Below, piece after piece: positions 36,435-43,607 of a stretch of 43,607 bases of DNA. The stretch comes from a virus (lineage: Duplodnaviria > Caudoviricetes). The notes below the pieces were generated by a model. The model worked only from the letters and a program-made list of their open reading frames with translations. It had not been told where the DNA came from and did not search any database. The stretch lies in IMG/VR virus record IMGVR_UViG_3300024051_000006, positions 1 to 43,607 of that record; one strand, 5' to 3'. Within the stretch, counting starts at the first letter, position 1. Every line of letters begins with the position of its first letter. The translations under genes were made by a program, and so were the position numbers.

Positions 36435-36647
36435 TCACTCGTCGAGCGTCTTGCCGCGCGTGTAGCGCAGCAGCCGTCGCGCCCGGACGACGGCGATCCC
36501 GGCCCACACGAGCGTGAGCAGCAGCGTGATCACAGCGAGGCCCGGTGCGAGCGCGGCGAGGACGAGCGTGACGACGAGCCCGCCGAGCGCCCACCACATG
36601 TGCGAGGTCGGGTCCTTGATCGTGCGCGGGTCGATGTCGCGTGCCAT
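36435..36647 (-). CDS. Small 2-TM membrane protein (lysogeny operon)
   Basis: MARDIDP...WWALGGLVVTLVLAAL... Confidence 0.65.
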   Translation of the reverse strand: MARDIDPRTIKDPTSHMWWALGGLVVTLVLAALAPGLAVITLLLTLVWAGIAVVRARRLLRYTRGKTLDE

Positions 36648-36685
36648 GCCCCTAGTCTCGGCCGCGTGCCGCGCGACCTTGAGCC

Positions 36686-37084
36686 TCACGCGCCGAACGC
36701 GCACCGTGTCGCGCGCACGGGCCGCTCGAGCCACAGCGTGACGAGGTGCGCCGTCACGCCGAGCTCGCGCGCCATGGCTCCCGGATGCCCGCCCGTGAGC
36801 GCGGCCGCGACCTCGACCTCGACGGGATCGATGAGCAGCCGCGCGGCATACATGTCGGCCTGGCGCTCGTCGCGCTCGACGTCGTGCGCGCGCGTCCAGT
36901 CGTGGCCGTGGTGGTGGTGGCCGACCTCGTGCGCGATCGTCACACGCTGGGTCAGGGTCGACTTGCGGTGGTTGACCACGACGAGCCCGGAGCGGGTGAG
37001 TTCCCCGCTGCGCCTGCCGAGGTCGCGCCACACCACACGGAGGCCCTGTTCCTCCGCGTGGGCGACGAGGTCGTCAAGTGTCAC
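36686..37084 (-). CDS. ImmA/IrrE metallopeptidase (repressor-cleaving)
   Basis: QRVTIAHEVGH, ERQADMYAARLLI; coupled to the repressor gene. Confidence 0.88.
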   Translation of the reverse strand: MTLDDLVAHAEEQGLRVVWRDLGRRSGELTRSGLVVVNHRKSTLTQRVTIAHEVGHHHHGHDWTRAHDVERDERQADMYAARLLIDPVEVEVAAALTGGHPGAMARELGVTAHLVTLWLERPVRATRCAFGA

Positions 37085-37407
37085 GCTTCCTCCGTCTGCG
37101 CCTCTGCCTCCGCGTCGTCGTCGGAGTCGCGCGCGGCGAGCATGACATCGGCCTGTGACATTGCGACCTCGAAGCGGTCATCGGCGCGCCCGGCGACCGT
37201 CGACACGTCGAGCCCGAGCGCATGCGCGATCCGATACATGACCGAGACGGGAATCTCGCGCGTCCCGTCGAGGTAACGGACGAGGGTCCCGCGAGGGATG
37301 CCGGACCGCTTGGACGCGGCAACGACGCTGAGGCCGGCCGCTGCAATCTCTGCGCGAAGCTGCGCCGCGACGGCGAGCGTGTATGCGTCTCTCTTCTCTG
37401 TGCCCAT
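37081..37407 (-). CDS. Immunity repressor (XRE HTH)
   Basis: SGIPRGTLVRYLDGTREIP...IAHALG; divergent from cro. Confidence 0.85.
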   Translation of the reverse strand: MGTEKRDAYTLAVAAQLRAEIAAAGLSVVAASKRSGIPRGTLVRYLDGTREIPVSVMYRIAHALGLDVSTVAGRADDRFEVAMSQADVMLAARDSDDDAEAEAQTEEA

Positions 37408-37503
37408 GTGGATGACGGTAGTTCCAGATTGGAAACATGACAACCCCAGATTGGGACACGAGTCGGCTTGACACGTCCCCGTATGGGGTCCTACTGTCTC
37501 CAC
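37408..37503. promoter_or_regulatory. Lysis/lysogeny switch: divergent leaderless promoters and three operators
   Basis: Rightward TTGACA(37468)-18-TACTGT-6-ATG; leftward TTGTCA-17-TACCGT-7-ATG; palindromes TTCCAGATTGGAA, CCCAGATTGGG, CCCCGTATGGGG. Confidence 0.85.
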
Positions 37504-37746
37504 ATGGCTACAGCACAGATCGCCGAGCAGGTCGCCGGGATGGTCTCCCAGGCGATCGTCGCCGCCGGCAAGACGAAGAAGCAGATCGCCGAGGCGACCG
37601 GCATTCCGTACACGACGCTCGGTCGCAAGCTGCTCGGGACGACCGAGTTCACCTTCTCCGAGCTCAAGATGATCGCCGACGCGCTCGGCGTCGCGCCCTC
37701 CGCGTTCACGCCCCCGGCGTTCGCCCGCGTCGTGATCGCTGCCTGA
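37504..37746 (+). CDS. Cro-like HTH regulator
   Basis: KQIAEATGIPYTTLGRKL...FTFSEL..IA.ALGV. Confidence 0.85.
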   Translation: MATAQIAEQVAGMVSQAIVAAGKTKKQIAEATGIPYTTLGRKLLGTTEFTFSELKMIADALGVAPSAFTPPAFARVVIAA

Positions 37747-37748
37747 CC

Positions 37749-38249
37749 ATGCCCACCACCCTCACCCCCGGCACCCGCGTCCGCGTCGTCACCGACGACG
37801 TCTACCGCGGCGCGCTCGGCGTCATCGTCGAGGACGCGGGCGACGAGCACACGCACCGCTACTCGGTCGAGTTCGAGGACCGGGTCTCGCCGGACGGCTT
37901 CTTCCGCGCCGACGAGCTCGAGCCGGTCTGGCCCGACCCACCCCCAGCCGTCACGCACCGCGCGTGGTCGGCATGCAGTTCTACCCGCTCCGAGGTTCGC
38001 CACGGACGCAGACACCACGGAGGTACAGCCATGCTCACGATCACGGGCTGGGAGAAGCGCATCGAGGCGCACCCCGAGGCCGCGCACCTCTCGCGCGGCC
38101 AGCGGCAGCGGCTCGCGCTCAAGATCGCCAAGCGCGCCGAGCGCATGCAGTACGTCGACCCGGACGACCTGATCCGCTCGATCCTCTGCTACGCCGACCC
38201 GACCGGCGAGCACGCCGTCCGCAACGTCATGGCGGAGGTGGCAGCATGA
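37749..38249 (+). CDS. Hypothetical ORF (SH3-like N part) with internal in-frame start at 38031
   Basis: GTRVRV...G.IVE...YSVEF...FRADEL; GGAGG RBS before ATG 38031. Confidence 0.55.
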   Translation: MPTTLTPGTRVRVVTDDVYRGALGVIVEDAGDEHTHRYSVEFEDRVSPDGFFRADELEPVWPDPPPAVTHRAWSACSSTRSEVRHGRRHHGGTAMLTITGWEKRIEAHPEAAHLSRGQRQRLALKIAKRAERMQYVDPDDLIRSILCYADPTGEHAVRNVMAEVAA

Positions 38250-38491
38250 AGCGCCTCTACCTGGTCGGCGACTCGGGTCGCATCGTGCACGTCGAGCCGG
38301 ACAACCCGGTCCGGATCGACGGGTGCGCGGGCGCGACGCTCGCGGGCGCGTTCAAGCGCAGCCCGGGCGCGTGGGAGTTCACGGGCCTGAACGGCGAGCA
38401 GTACTCGCGGTTCCCGGACTTCGAGGTCTACTCGTTCCGCGCGCAGTGGGGTTACGTGTGCGGCTGCGAGGCGACGGAGGCCTACCGATGA
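38246..38491 (+). CDS. Hypothetical protein
   Basis: GGAGG RBS, ATGA coupling. Confidence 0.6.
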   Translation: MKRLYLVGDSGRIVHVEPDNPVRIDGCAGATLAGAFKRSPGAWEFTGLNGEQYSRFPDFEVYSFRAQWGYVCGCEATEAYR

Positions 38492-38640
38492 GCCGCCGCT
38501 GCCGCTGCGGGCGACCCGCCGAGGTCGCCAACCCGAACATCCTCGACTTCCAGTGCTGGGACCACTGGCGCGCGCTCACCGACTGGCTCGCCGAGAACCG
38601 CGACAAGTTCGCCGACGAGTGGCCCGGACTCACCGCCTGA
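38488..38640 (+). CDS. Small hypothetical protein
   Basis: GGAGG RBS, CRCG...CWDHW. Confidence 0.55.
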   Translation: MSRRCRCGRPAEVANPNILDFQCWDHWRALTDWLAENRDKFADEWPGLTA

Positions 38641-38707
38641 CCAGACCCAATCCACACGAAAGGCCGCCCGTAGCACCGGGCGGCCTTCGTCGTTCCAGGG
38701 AGGAACC

Positions 38708-39454
38708 TTGACCGGCAACATCGTACCCTTCGACTTCAACGGCGCACAGGTCCGCGTCGTCACCATCGACGGCGAGCCGTGGTTCGTGCTCGCCGACCTC
38801 TGCACCGTCCTCGAGATCGCGAACGTCGGCAACGTCGCGGCGCGGCTCGACTCGCTGAGCATCCGTCAGGCGGATGTTCAGAACGCGCGCGGCCAGATGC
38901 GCGCCACCGTCGTCGTGTCCGAGGCGGGCATGTACGAGGTCGTCATCCGATCCGACAAGCCCGACGCCGCCCGCTTCCGCCGCTGGATCACCGCCGAGGT
39001 GCTTCCCCAGATCCGTCGCACCGGCTCCTACGGCACCGCGCCGGCGCTCACGGGCCCCGCGCTCATGGCGGCCGCGCTCATCGAGGCGCAGGCCGTCCTC
39101 GAGGCGCGCGAGGCCGAGGTACGCGAGCTCACGCCTCGCGCCGAGGCCTGGGACGCGCTCGCATCGACGGACGGCGACTACTCGATGCGCGACGCCGCGC
39201 AGATCCTCTGCCGCGAGCACGGCATCGACATCGGCCAGAGCCGACTCTCCAAGCGGCTGCGCGAGATCGGCTGGGTCGACGCGTCCGGCATCCCCTACCA
39301 GCGGCACGTCGACCTCGGTCGGCTGCGCTCGCGGGCGCGCTACTACACGCACGCCCGCACGCAGGAGCGCGTGCTCGCCGAGCCGCAGATCCGCATCACG
39401 CCGAAGGGCGTCGCGGACCTGCGCACCATCCTCGCCACGAAGGAGATCGCATGA
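38708..39454 (+). CDS. Antirepressor (BRO-N plus KilA-C)
   Basis: VRVVTIDGEPWFVLADLC, RSDKPDA.RFRRWIT.EVLPQIRRTGSY, ITPKG. Confidence 0.92.
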   Translation: MTGNIVPFDFNGAQVRVVTIDGEPWFVLADLCTVLEIANVGNVAARLDSLSIRQADVQNARGQMRATVVVSEAGMYEVVIRSDKPDAARFRRWITAEVLPQIRRTGSYGTAPALTGPALMAAALIEAQAVLEAREAEVRELTPRAEAWDALASTDGDYSMRDAAQILCREHGIDIGQSRLSKRLREIGWVDASGIPYQRHVDLGRLRSRARYYTHARTQERVLAEPQIRITPKGVADLRTILATKEIA

Positions 39455-39633
39455 CCCCCCCGAAGCTCTCCTACACCTACGCCGAGGCCTCCGAGGCCAC
39501 CGGAATCCCGATCCGCACGCTGCAGGCGCGCATCACGGCGGGCGACCTCGTCGCGCGCCGCCTCGGCTCGAAGCCGATCATCCTCGCCGCCGACCTCGAG
39601 GCGTTCCTCGCCTCCCTCCCCGAGAAGGACTGA
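39451..39633 (+). CDS. Excisionase-like HTH protein
   Basis: YTYAEASEATGIPIRTL...GDL.ARRLG...I...DLEAFL. Confidence 0.8.
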   Translation: MTPPKLSYTYAEASEATGIPIRTLQARITAGDLVARRLGSKPIILAADLEAFLASLPEKD

Positions 39634-39635
39634 CG

Positions 39636-39947
39636 ATGTTCTGGAACCGCAAGAAGAAGCCCGCCCCTGCCCCGTTCGCGGGCGTCACCATCCCCGAGTC
39701 GGTCGCCGGGGCCACGAGCGACGACGACCTGTTCGCGGTCGCGCGCGGCGCGGGCGTGCTGCGCGAGTACGGCGACGACCACCCGGGCTGGCAGCGCATC
39801 ATCGACGCGCTCGTGGCCGACGTCGAGGCCGAGCAGCGCGCGCTCATCGCCGAGAGCGAGGCGCGCACGACCGAGGCCCTGCTCGCGTTCCAGCGCGACG
39901 ACGACGCCGAGGCCGCCATGCGAATCTTCCGCGGGGGCGAGTCGTGA
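39636..39947 (+). CDS. Hypothetical protein
   Basis: AAGGA RBS. Confidence 0.6.
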   Translation: MFWNRKKKPAPAPFAGVTIPESVAGATSDDDLFAVARGAGVLREYGDDHPGWQRIIDALVADVEAEQRALIAESEARTTEALLAFQRDDDAEAAMRIFRGGES

Positions 39948-40309
39948 GCGTCGACCGGATCAGCCCGCCTGAGGAGTACCCCGGGCCCGAGGGAAGCGCG
40001 CGCGCTCGCGTCGAGCTCGAGAACCTGCCCGACGTCCAGGTCCTCGGCTACGCGACGCTCGTTCCGCCCGCCGCAGTCGGCCGCCCGGCTGCCACCATCC
40101 GCACCGGCTGCTACCTGCCGATGCTCGGCGAGGTCTACGTCGACATCGACTTCGCCGCGCTCGCGGAGTGGGTCGACGCGGTGCGTGCGGAGCGTCGCCG
40201 CCTCGGCGTCGTCGACGAGCCCGGTGACTTCGCGTGCGACTGCGACACCACGCCCGCCGCCGGCGGGTGGCCGCACAAGTCGACGTGCCCGGCGTGGAGC
40301 GCGTCGTGA
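39944..40309 (+). CDS. Hypothetical protein
   Basis: GTGA coupling. Confidence 0.6.
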   Translation: MSVDRISPPEEYPGPEGSARARVELENLPDVQVLGYATLVPPAAVGRPAATIRTGCYLPMLGEVYVDIDFAALAEWVDAVRAERRRLGVVDEPGDFACDCDTTPAAGGWPHKSTCPAWSAS

Positions 40310-40557
40310 GCCGCTACCAGGCCGCGGCACGCCCCCGGATCAGCACGCCGCGGACCGAGCAGATGCGTGCCGCACTCGCCTCCGGGGCCCGCCGCGTCGC
40401 GCACGCGGAGGCCGAGGGGCGCACGTCGTGGGCCGAGGGGCAGGTCGTCAGGTCGCTGCACCGCACGTACACGTGGCAGGCGCTCGCTGAGGCGACCGGC
40501 CTGAGCGCGCACCGCCTGCGGCAGATCGCTGACCTGTGGCCCGAGGAGGCGGCGTGA
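40306..40557 (+). CDS. HTH protein
   Basis: TWQALAEATGLSAHRLRQI. Confidence 0.65.
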   Translation: MSRYQAAARPRISTPRTEQMRAALASGARRVAHAEAEGRTSWAEGQVVRSLHRTYTWQALAEATGLSAHRLRQIADLWPEEAA

Positions 40558-40823
40558 TCAACGACCCCTACGCCTACCTGCATCCGCTGAGCGACGAGCA
40601 GCGAGCGGCCGCGCTGGCGACCGCGAAGCGCCACGGCGGCGAGGACGTCGCGTGGATGCTCGGCCTCGCCGACTACCCGCGCCTGCCGTGCGGCCACCCC
40701 CACGGGTCGCTGCAGAACCGCCCCGACCCGAACCGCTACGCGCCTGTCGAGGTCGAGTGCGTCGAGTGCGGCGCGCGCTGGAAGAAGGCGCGCGGCATGA
40801 ACGCGGCGAGGGCCGTCGCGTGA
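40554..40823 (+). CDS. Hypothetical Zn-binding protein
   Basis: GGAGG RBS; CGH...CVEC. Confidence 0.6.
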   Translation: MINDPYAYLHPLSDEQRAAALATAKRHGGEDVAWMLGLADYPRLPCGHPHGSLQNRPDPNRYAPVEVECVECGARWKKARGMNAARAVA

Positions 40824-41032
40824 CGCGCGCGCAGGTCGACGAGCGCGCGCTCCTCTGCGAGATGTACGCGCTCACCGGCCAGACGCTCACCGACGCCGCG
40901 ACGGCGCTCGGCATCACGACCACGACCCTGAGCGCGTGGCTCGGCACGCACCGCATGTGCCGCACGCGCGCACGCCTGACCAGACGCCGCCACGGTGCGG
41001 CGTGCCACCACCACGAGAGGTGCACCCGATGA
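40820..41032 (+). CDS. HTH protein
   Basis: TLTDAATALGITTTTLSAWL. Confidence 0.6.
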   Translation: MTRAQVDERALLCEMYALTGQTLTDAATALGITTTTLSAWLGTHRMCRTRARLTRRRHGAACHHHERCTR

Positions 41033-41289
41033 CCATGGAGGACCGCGCGCTCGCTGCGCGCCAGGAGCAGATCGACGCGCAGCGCGAGCGGGACCACGAG
41101 CTCGTGCGGCTGCGCGACGAGGAGCGGCTCGCCGCGGAGTCCGTCGCGACCCAGGCCGAGGTCGTGTTCCGCAACGACCCGAGCGACGGCGACCCCGCCG
41201 TGACGTTCGCCCGACTGCGCCAGCGGACGGCCGCCTACGTCGCCGCGCGCGACGAGGCCGACGCGTTCCAGCGGGAGCACGGGCTGTGA
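41029..41289 (+). CDS. Hypothetical protein
   Basis: GAGG RBS, coupling. Confidence 0.6.
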   Translation: MTMEDRALAARQEQIDAQRERDHELVRLRDEERLAAESVATQAEVVFRNDPSDGDPAVTFARLRQRTAAYVAARDEADAFQREHGL

Positions 41290-41393
41290 CCGCCGACGAG
41301 TGGGCCGGGCTGGCCATCGTCGGCGCGATCCTCGCGGCCGTCGCATGGACGGTCGACCGCATCGACAAGGACAGGAAGAGGGAGGGGCGATGA
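41286..41393 (+). CDS. Tiny single-TM protein
   Basis: WAGLAIVGAILAAVAW followed by a basic tail. Confidence 0.5.
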   Translation: MTADEWAGLAIVGAILAAVAWTVDRIDKDRKREGR

Positions 41394-42154
41394 GCCTCAA
41401 GTTCAGCGCGAAGGCGCACCGCTACTGGCTCGACGGCAAGCCCGTCCCCGGCGTCACCACGATCCTCGGCAAGGGCATCCCGAAGCCCGCGCTGCCGTAC
41501 TGGGCGGCGAGGATGGTCGCCGAGTACGTGGCCGACGAGCCCGAGAAGGTCGACGCGCTGCGCGAGGCCGGTCGCGACCCGATGGTCGCCGCGCTCAAGA
41601 GCGTGCCGTGGACCCGCCGCGACCAGGCCGGGCTGCGCGGCACCGAGATCCACGCGCTCGCAGACCTGCTCGCGCACGGCGAGGAGGTCTCAGTCCCCGA
41701 GCAGCACGTCCACGAGGTTACGGGGCTGGCTGAGTGGCTCGACGAGTTCGACGCCACCCCGATCCTCACCGAGCGATCCGTCGCGCACCGCGGCCACCGC
41801 TACGCGGGGCGGCTCGACTTCCTCGGCACGCTCGGCGCGCTCGGCACCGAGACGTGGCTCCTCGACTGGAAGACGTCCTCGGGCGTCTACGGCGAGACGG
41901 CGCTGCAGACCGCCGCCTACGCGCACGCCGAGTTCTACGTCGAGGACGACGCTCCCGACGTCGAGCACCCCATGCCCCATGTCGACCGCATCGGCGTCGT
42001 CCACGTCACCCCGGACGGCTCCCACCTCTACGACCTCGGCGAGCCCGCCGAGGCGTTCGAGCACTTCCTCGCCGCCAAGGCCGTCGCCGACGCCACCGTC
42101 TGGCGCGACAGCATCATCGGCGACCCGATCACAGCACCCAAGGAGATCCCGTGA
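41390..42154 (+). CDS. PD-(D/E)XK (Cas4/RecE-like) exonuclease
   Basis: PGVTTIL, RGTEIH, YAGRLD, LLDWKTS, LQTAAY. Confidence 0.88.
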   Translation: MSLKFSAKAHRYWLDGKPVPGVTTILGKGIPKPALPYWAARMVAEYVADEPEKVDALREAGRDPMVAALKSVPWTRRDQAGLRGTEIHALADLLAHGEEVSVPEQHVHEVTGLAEWLDEFDATPILTERSVAHRGHRYAGRLDFLGTLGALGTETWLLDWKTSSGVYGETALQTAAYAHAEFYVEDDAPDVEHPMPHVDRIGVVHVTPDGSHLYDLGEPAEAFEHFLAAKAVADATVWRDSIIGDPITAPKEIP

Positions 42155-43050
42155 CCGCCCTGACCATCCACGAGCCCGCGCAGTCGGGCCTCGCCACCAC
42201 CTCCGCGCCCGACCCGACCGGCGGCAGGCTCGTCGCCTGGGCCGAGGCCGCGTCGGCCGCGAACCAGCTCGCCAAGGCGCTCGCGACGACCGCGTTCGTC
42301 CCGCAGGCGATGCGCAACCCCGGCGACGCGACCGCCGCGATCCTCATGGGCGACGAGCTCGGCCTCTCCCCGCTCGCCGCGCTCCGCTCGATCTACGTCG
42401 TGCACGGCACGCCCGCGCTGTACGCGCGCAGCATGGTCGCGCTCGCCCAGTCGCACGGGCACGAGATCTGGACCGAGGAGTCCTCGGACGCGAAGGTCGT
42501 CGTGTGCGGCCGGCGTCGCGGCTCGGAGAAGGTCGAGCGCTCGGAGTGGACGATCCAGCGCGCACAGAAGGCGGGCTACACGTCCAACAAGAAGTACGCC
42601 TCGAACCCGCAGGAGATGCTCTACTCCAAGGCCGCCGGCGAGGTGGCTCGGAAGATCGCGGCCGACACGCTCGCGGGCATTCCGTACTCGGTGGAGGACA
42701 TCGAGCTCGGCGAGCAGCCGACCGTGACGGTGCAGCGCGAGCCGGTGAAGCGGACGGTGGCGCGCAAGGCGAAGGTCGCCGCCCCCGCGCCCCGGGCGAA
42801 CACCGACCCTGACCCCATCGACGTCACCGACGCCGAGGTCCTGCCGGACGAGGAGCCGGAGGGCGACGTGCTCACGGACCGCACGCGCGGCCGGATGTTC
42901 GCGCTCTTCGCCGAGCAGGGCATCGAGGACCCGGACGTCCAGCGGTCGGGCATGTCCTCGATCCTCGGGCGCGCCGTCGCGTCGCGGTCGTCGCTCACGG
43001 AGGCCGAGGCGCGCGAGGTCATCGCGTCGCTCGAGGCTCGGCAGTCGTGA
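42151..43050 (+). CDS. RecT-like ssDNA annealing protein
   Basis: FVPQAMR.PGDATAAILMG.ELGL.P..ALRSIYVVHG.P; W...RA.KAG; P.EML. Confidence 0.8.
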   Translation: MTALTIHEPAQSGLATTSAPDPTGGRLVAWAEAASAANQLAKALATTAFVPQAMRNPGDATAAILMGDELGLSPLAALRSIYVVHGTPALYARSMVALAQSHGHEIWTEESSDAKVVVCGRRRGSEKVERSEWTIQRAQKAGYTSNKKYASNPQEMLYSKAAGEVARKIAADTLAGIPYSVEDIELGEQPTVTVQREPVKRTVARKAKVAAPAPRANTDPDPIDVTDAEVLPDEEPEGDVLTDRTRGRMFALFAEQGIEDPDVQRSGMSSILGRAVASRSSLTEAEAREVIASLEARQS

Positions 43051-43175
43051 CCCCCCTCGAGCGCTGGCGCGCGCGTCAGGCCGTCATCGACCGGGCGCGC
43101 GCGTCGGCCCTCGCGGCCGCCGCGTTCTTCCACGGCGCGGCGGCAGGGCGCATCGCCGCCCAGTACCAGTCCTGA
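43047..43175 (+). CDS. Small hypothetical protein
   Basis: GTGA coupling, followed by a hairpin. Confidence 0.45.
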   Translation: MTPLERWRARQAVIDRARASALAAAAFFHGAAAGRIAAQYQS

Positions 43176-43231
43176 CAGCCCGGCCCTCGCGCCACACGGT
43201 GCGGGGGCCTTCGTGATGAGAGAGAGTGACC

Positions 43232-43607
43232 ATGGCGACACGCTTCCACGCAGCGTGCTCGACGTGCGGGTGGACGGGCGGGCCGTACCGCTCCCAGCGC
43301 ATGGCCGACTACGCGCACTCGCGACACTCGTGCGAGCGGCAGGCCCGGCAGCGCGCGGCCTACGAGCGGTCCATCAAGCGTGACGCGCAGATCGACCGCA
43401 CGCCGATCGACTGCGCCCACCCTCGTGCCCGCCACCAGCACGGCACCTACGCGGCGTACACGCTCGACCGCTGCCGGTGCGTGCCGTGCTCGGCGGCAGC
43501 CTCGGAGTACGGCCACAGCCTCCGCCGCCGTCACGCCTACGGGCAGACGACGGCGGTCGACGCCGAGCCGGTGCGCGCGCACATCGAGCGGCTGCGCGCT
43601 GGCGGCA
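43232..43607 (+). CDS. N-terminal part of the HTH protein continuing at position 1
   Basis: HGTYAAYTLDRCRCVPC, VDAEPVRAHIERL; open to the contig end and in frame with ATG at 4 given the GGCA overlap. Confidence 0.75.
   Translation, partial: MATRFHAACSTCGWTGGPYRSQRMADYAHSRHSCERQARQRAAYERSIKRDAQIDRTPIDCAHPRARHQHGTYAAYTLDRCRCVPCSAAASEYGHSLRRRHAYGQTTAVDAEPVRAHIERLRAGG

Larger units (their letters stand above)
1..43607. mobile_element. Complete temperate actinobacteriophage (siphovirus), circular/excised form
   Basis: Full head-tail-lysis-integration-immunity-replication gene set; intact attP; terminal 4-nt overlap GGCA joins ORF 43232-43607 in frame to ORF 4-735. Confidence 0.93.

Noticed and set aside
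41390-42154. CRISPR-Cas component (Cas4-like)
   Set aside because: No array or other cas genes; paired with a RecT-like gene as a phage recombination module

Overview
The window is a complete, circularly permuted temperate siphovirus genome of a high-GC actinobacterial host. The last 4 nt (GGCA) duplicate the first 4 nt and join one ORF in frame, and attP is intact. Gene order: early/replication genes (WhiB, NrdH, SSB, RusA-like, Rep with an iteron-like spacer) and many small hypotheticals; a putative late regulator, tRNA-Tyr and HNH; terminase, portal, head, neck and tail genes (TAC with -1 frameshift, tape measure, minor tail); lysis cassette; leftward accessory genes; tyrosine integrase with attP (tRNA-CAT homology); ImmA/repressor/Cro switch; antirepressor, Xis and RecET-like genes. 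The top finding is a ~0.8 kb invertible cassette that would swap two unrelated C-terminal domains onto the last tail (receptor-binding) gene. It is bounded by two inverted 28-bp sites with 11-6-11 dif-like architecture and has no invertase gene nearby, suggesting host-XerCD-driven tail-fibre phase variation. All calls come from manual motif and synteny recognition; no database searches were run.
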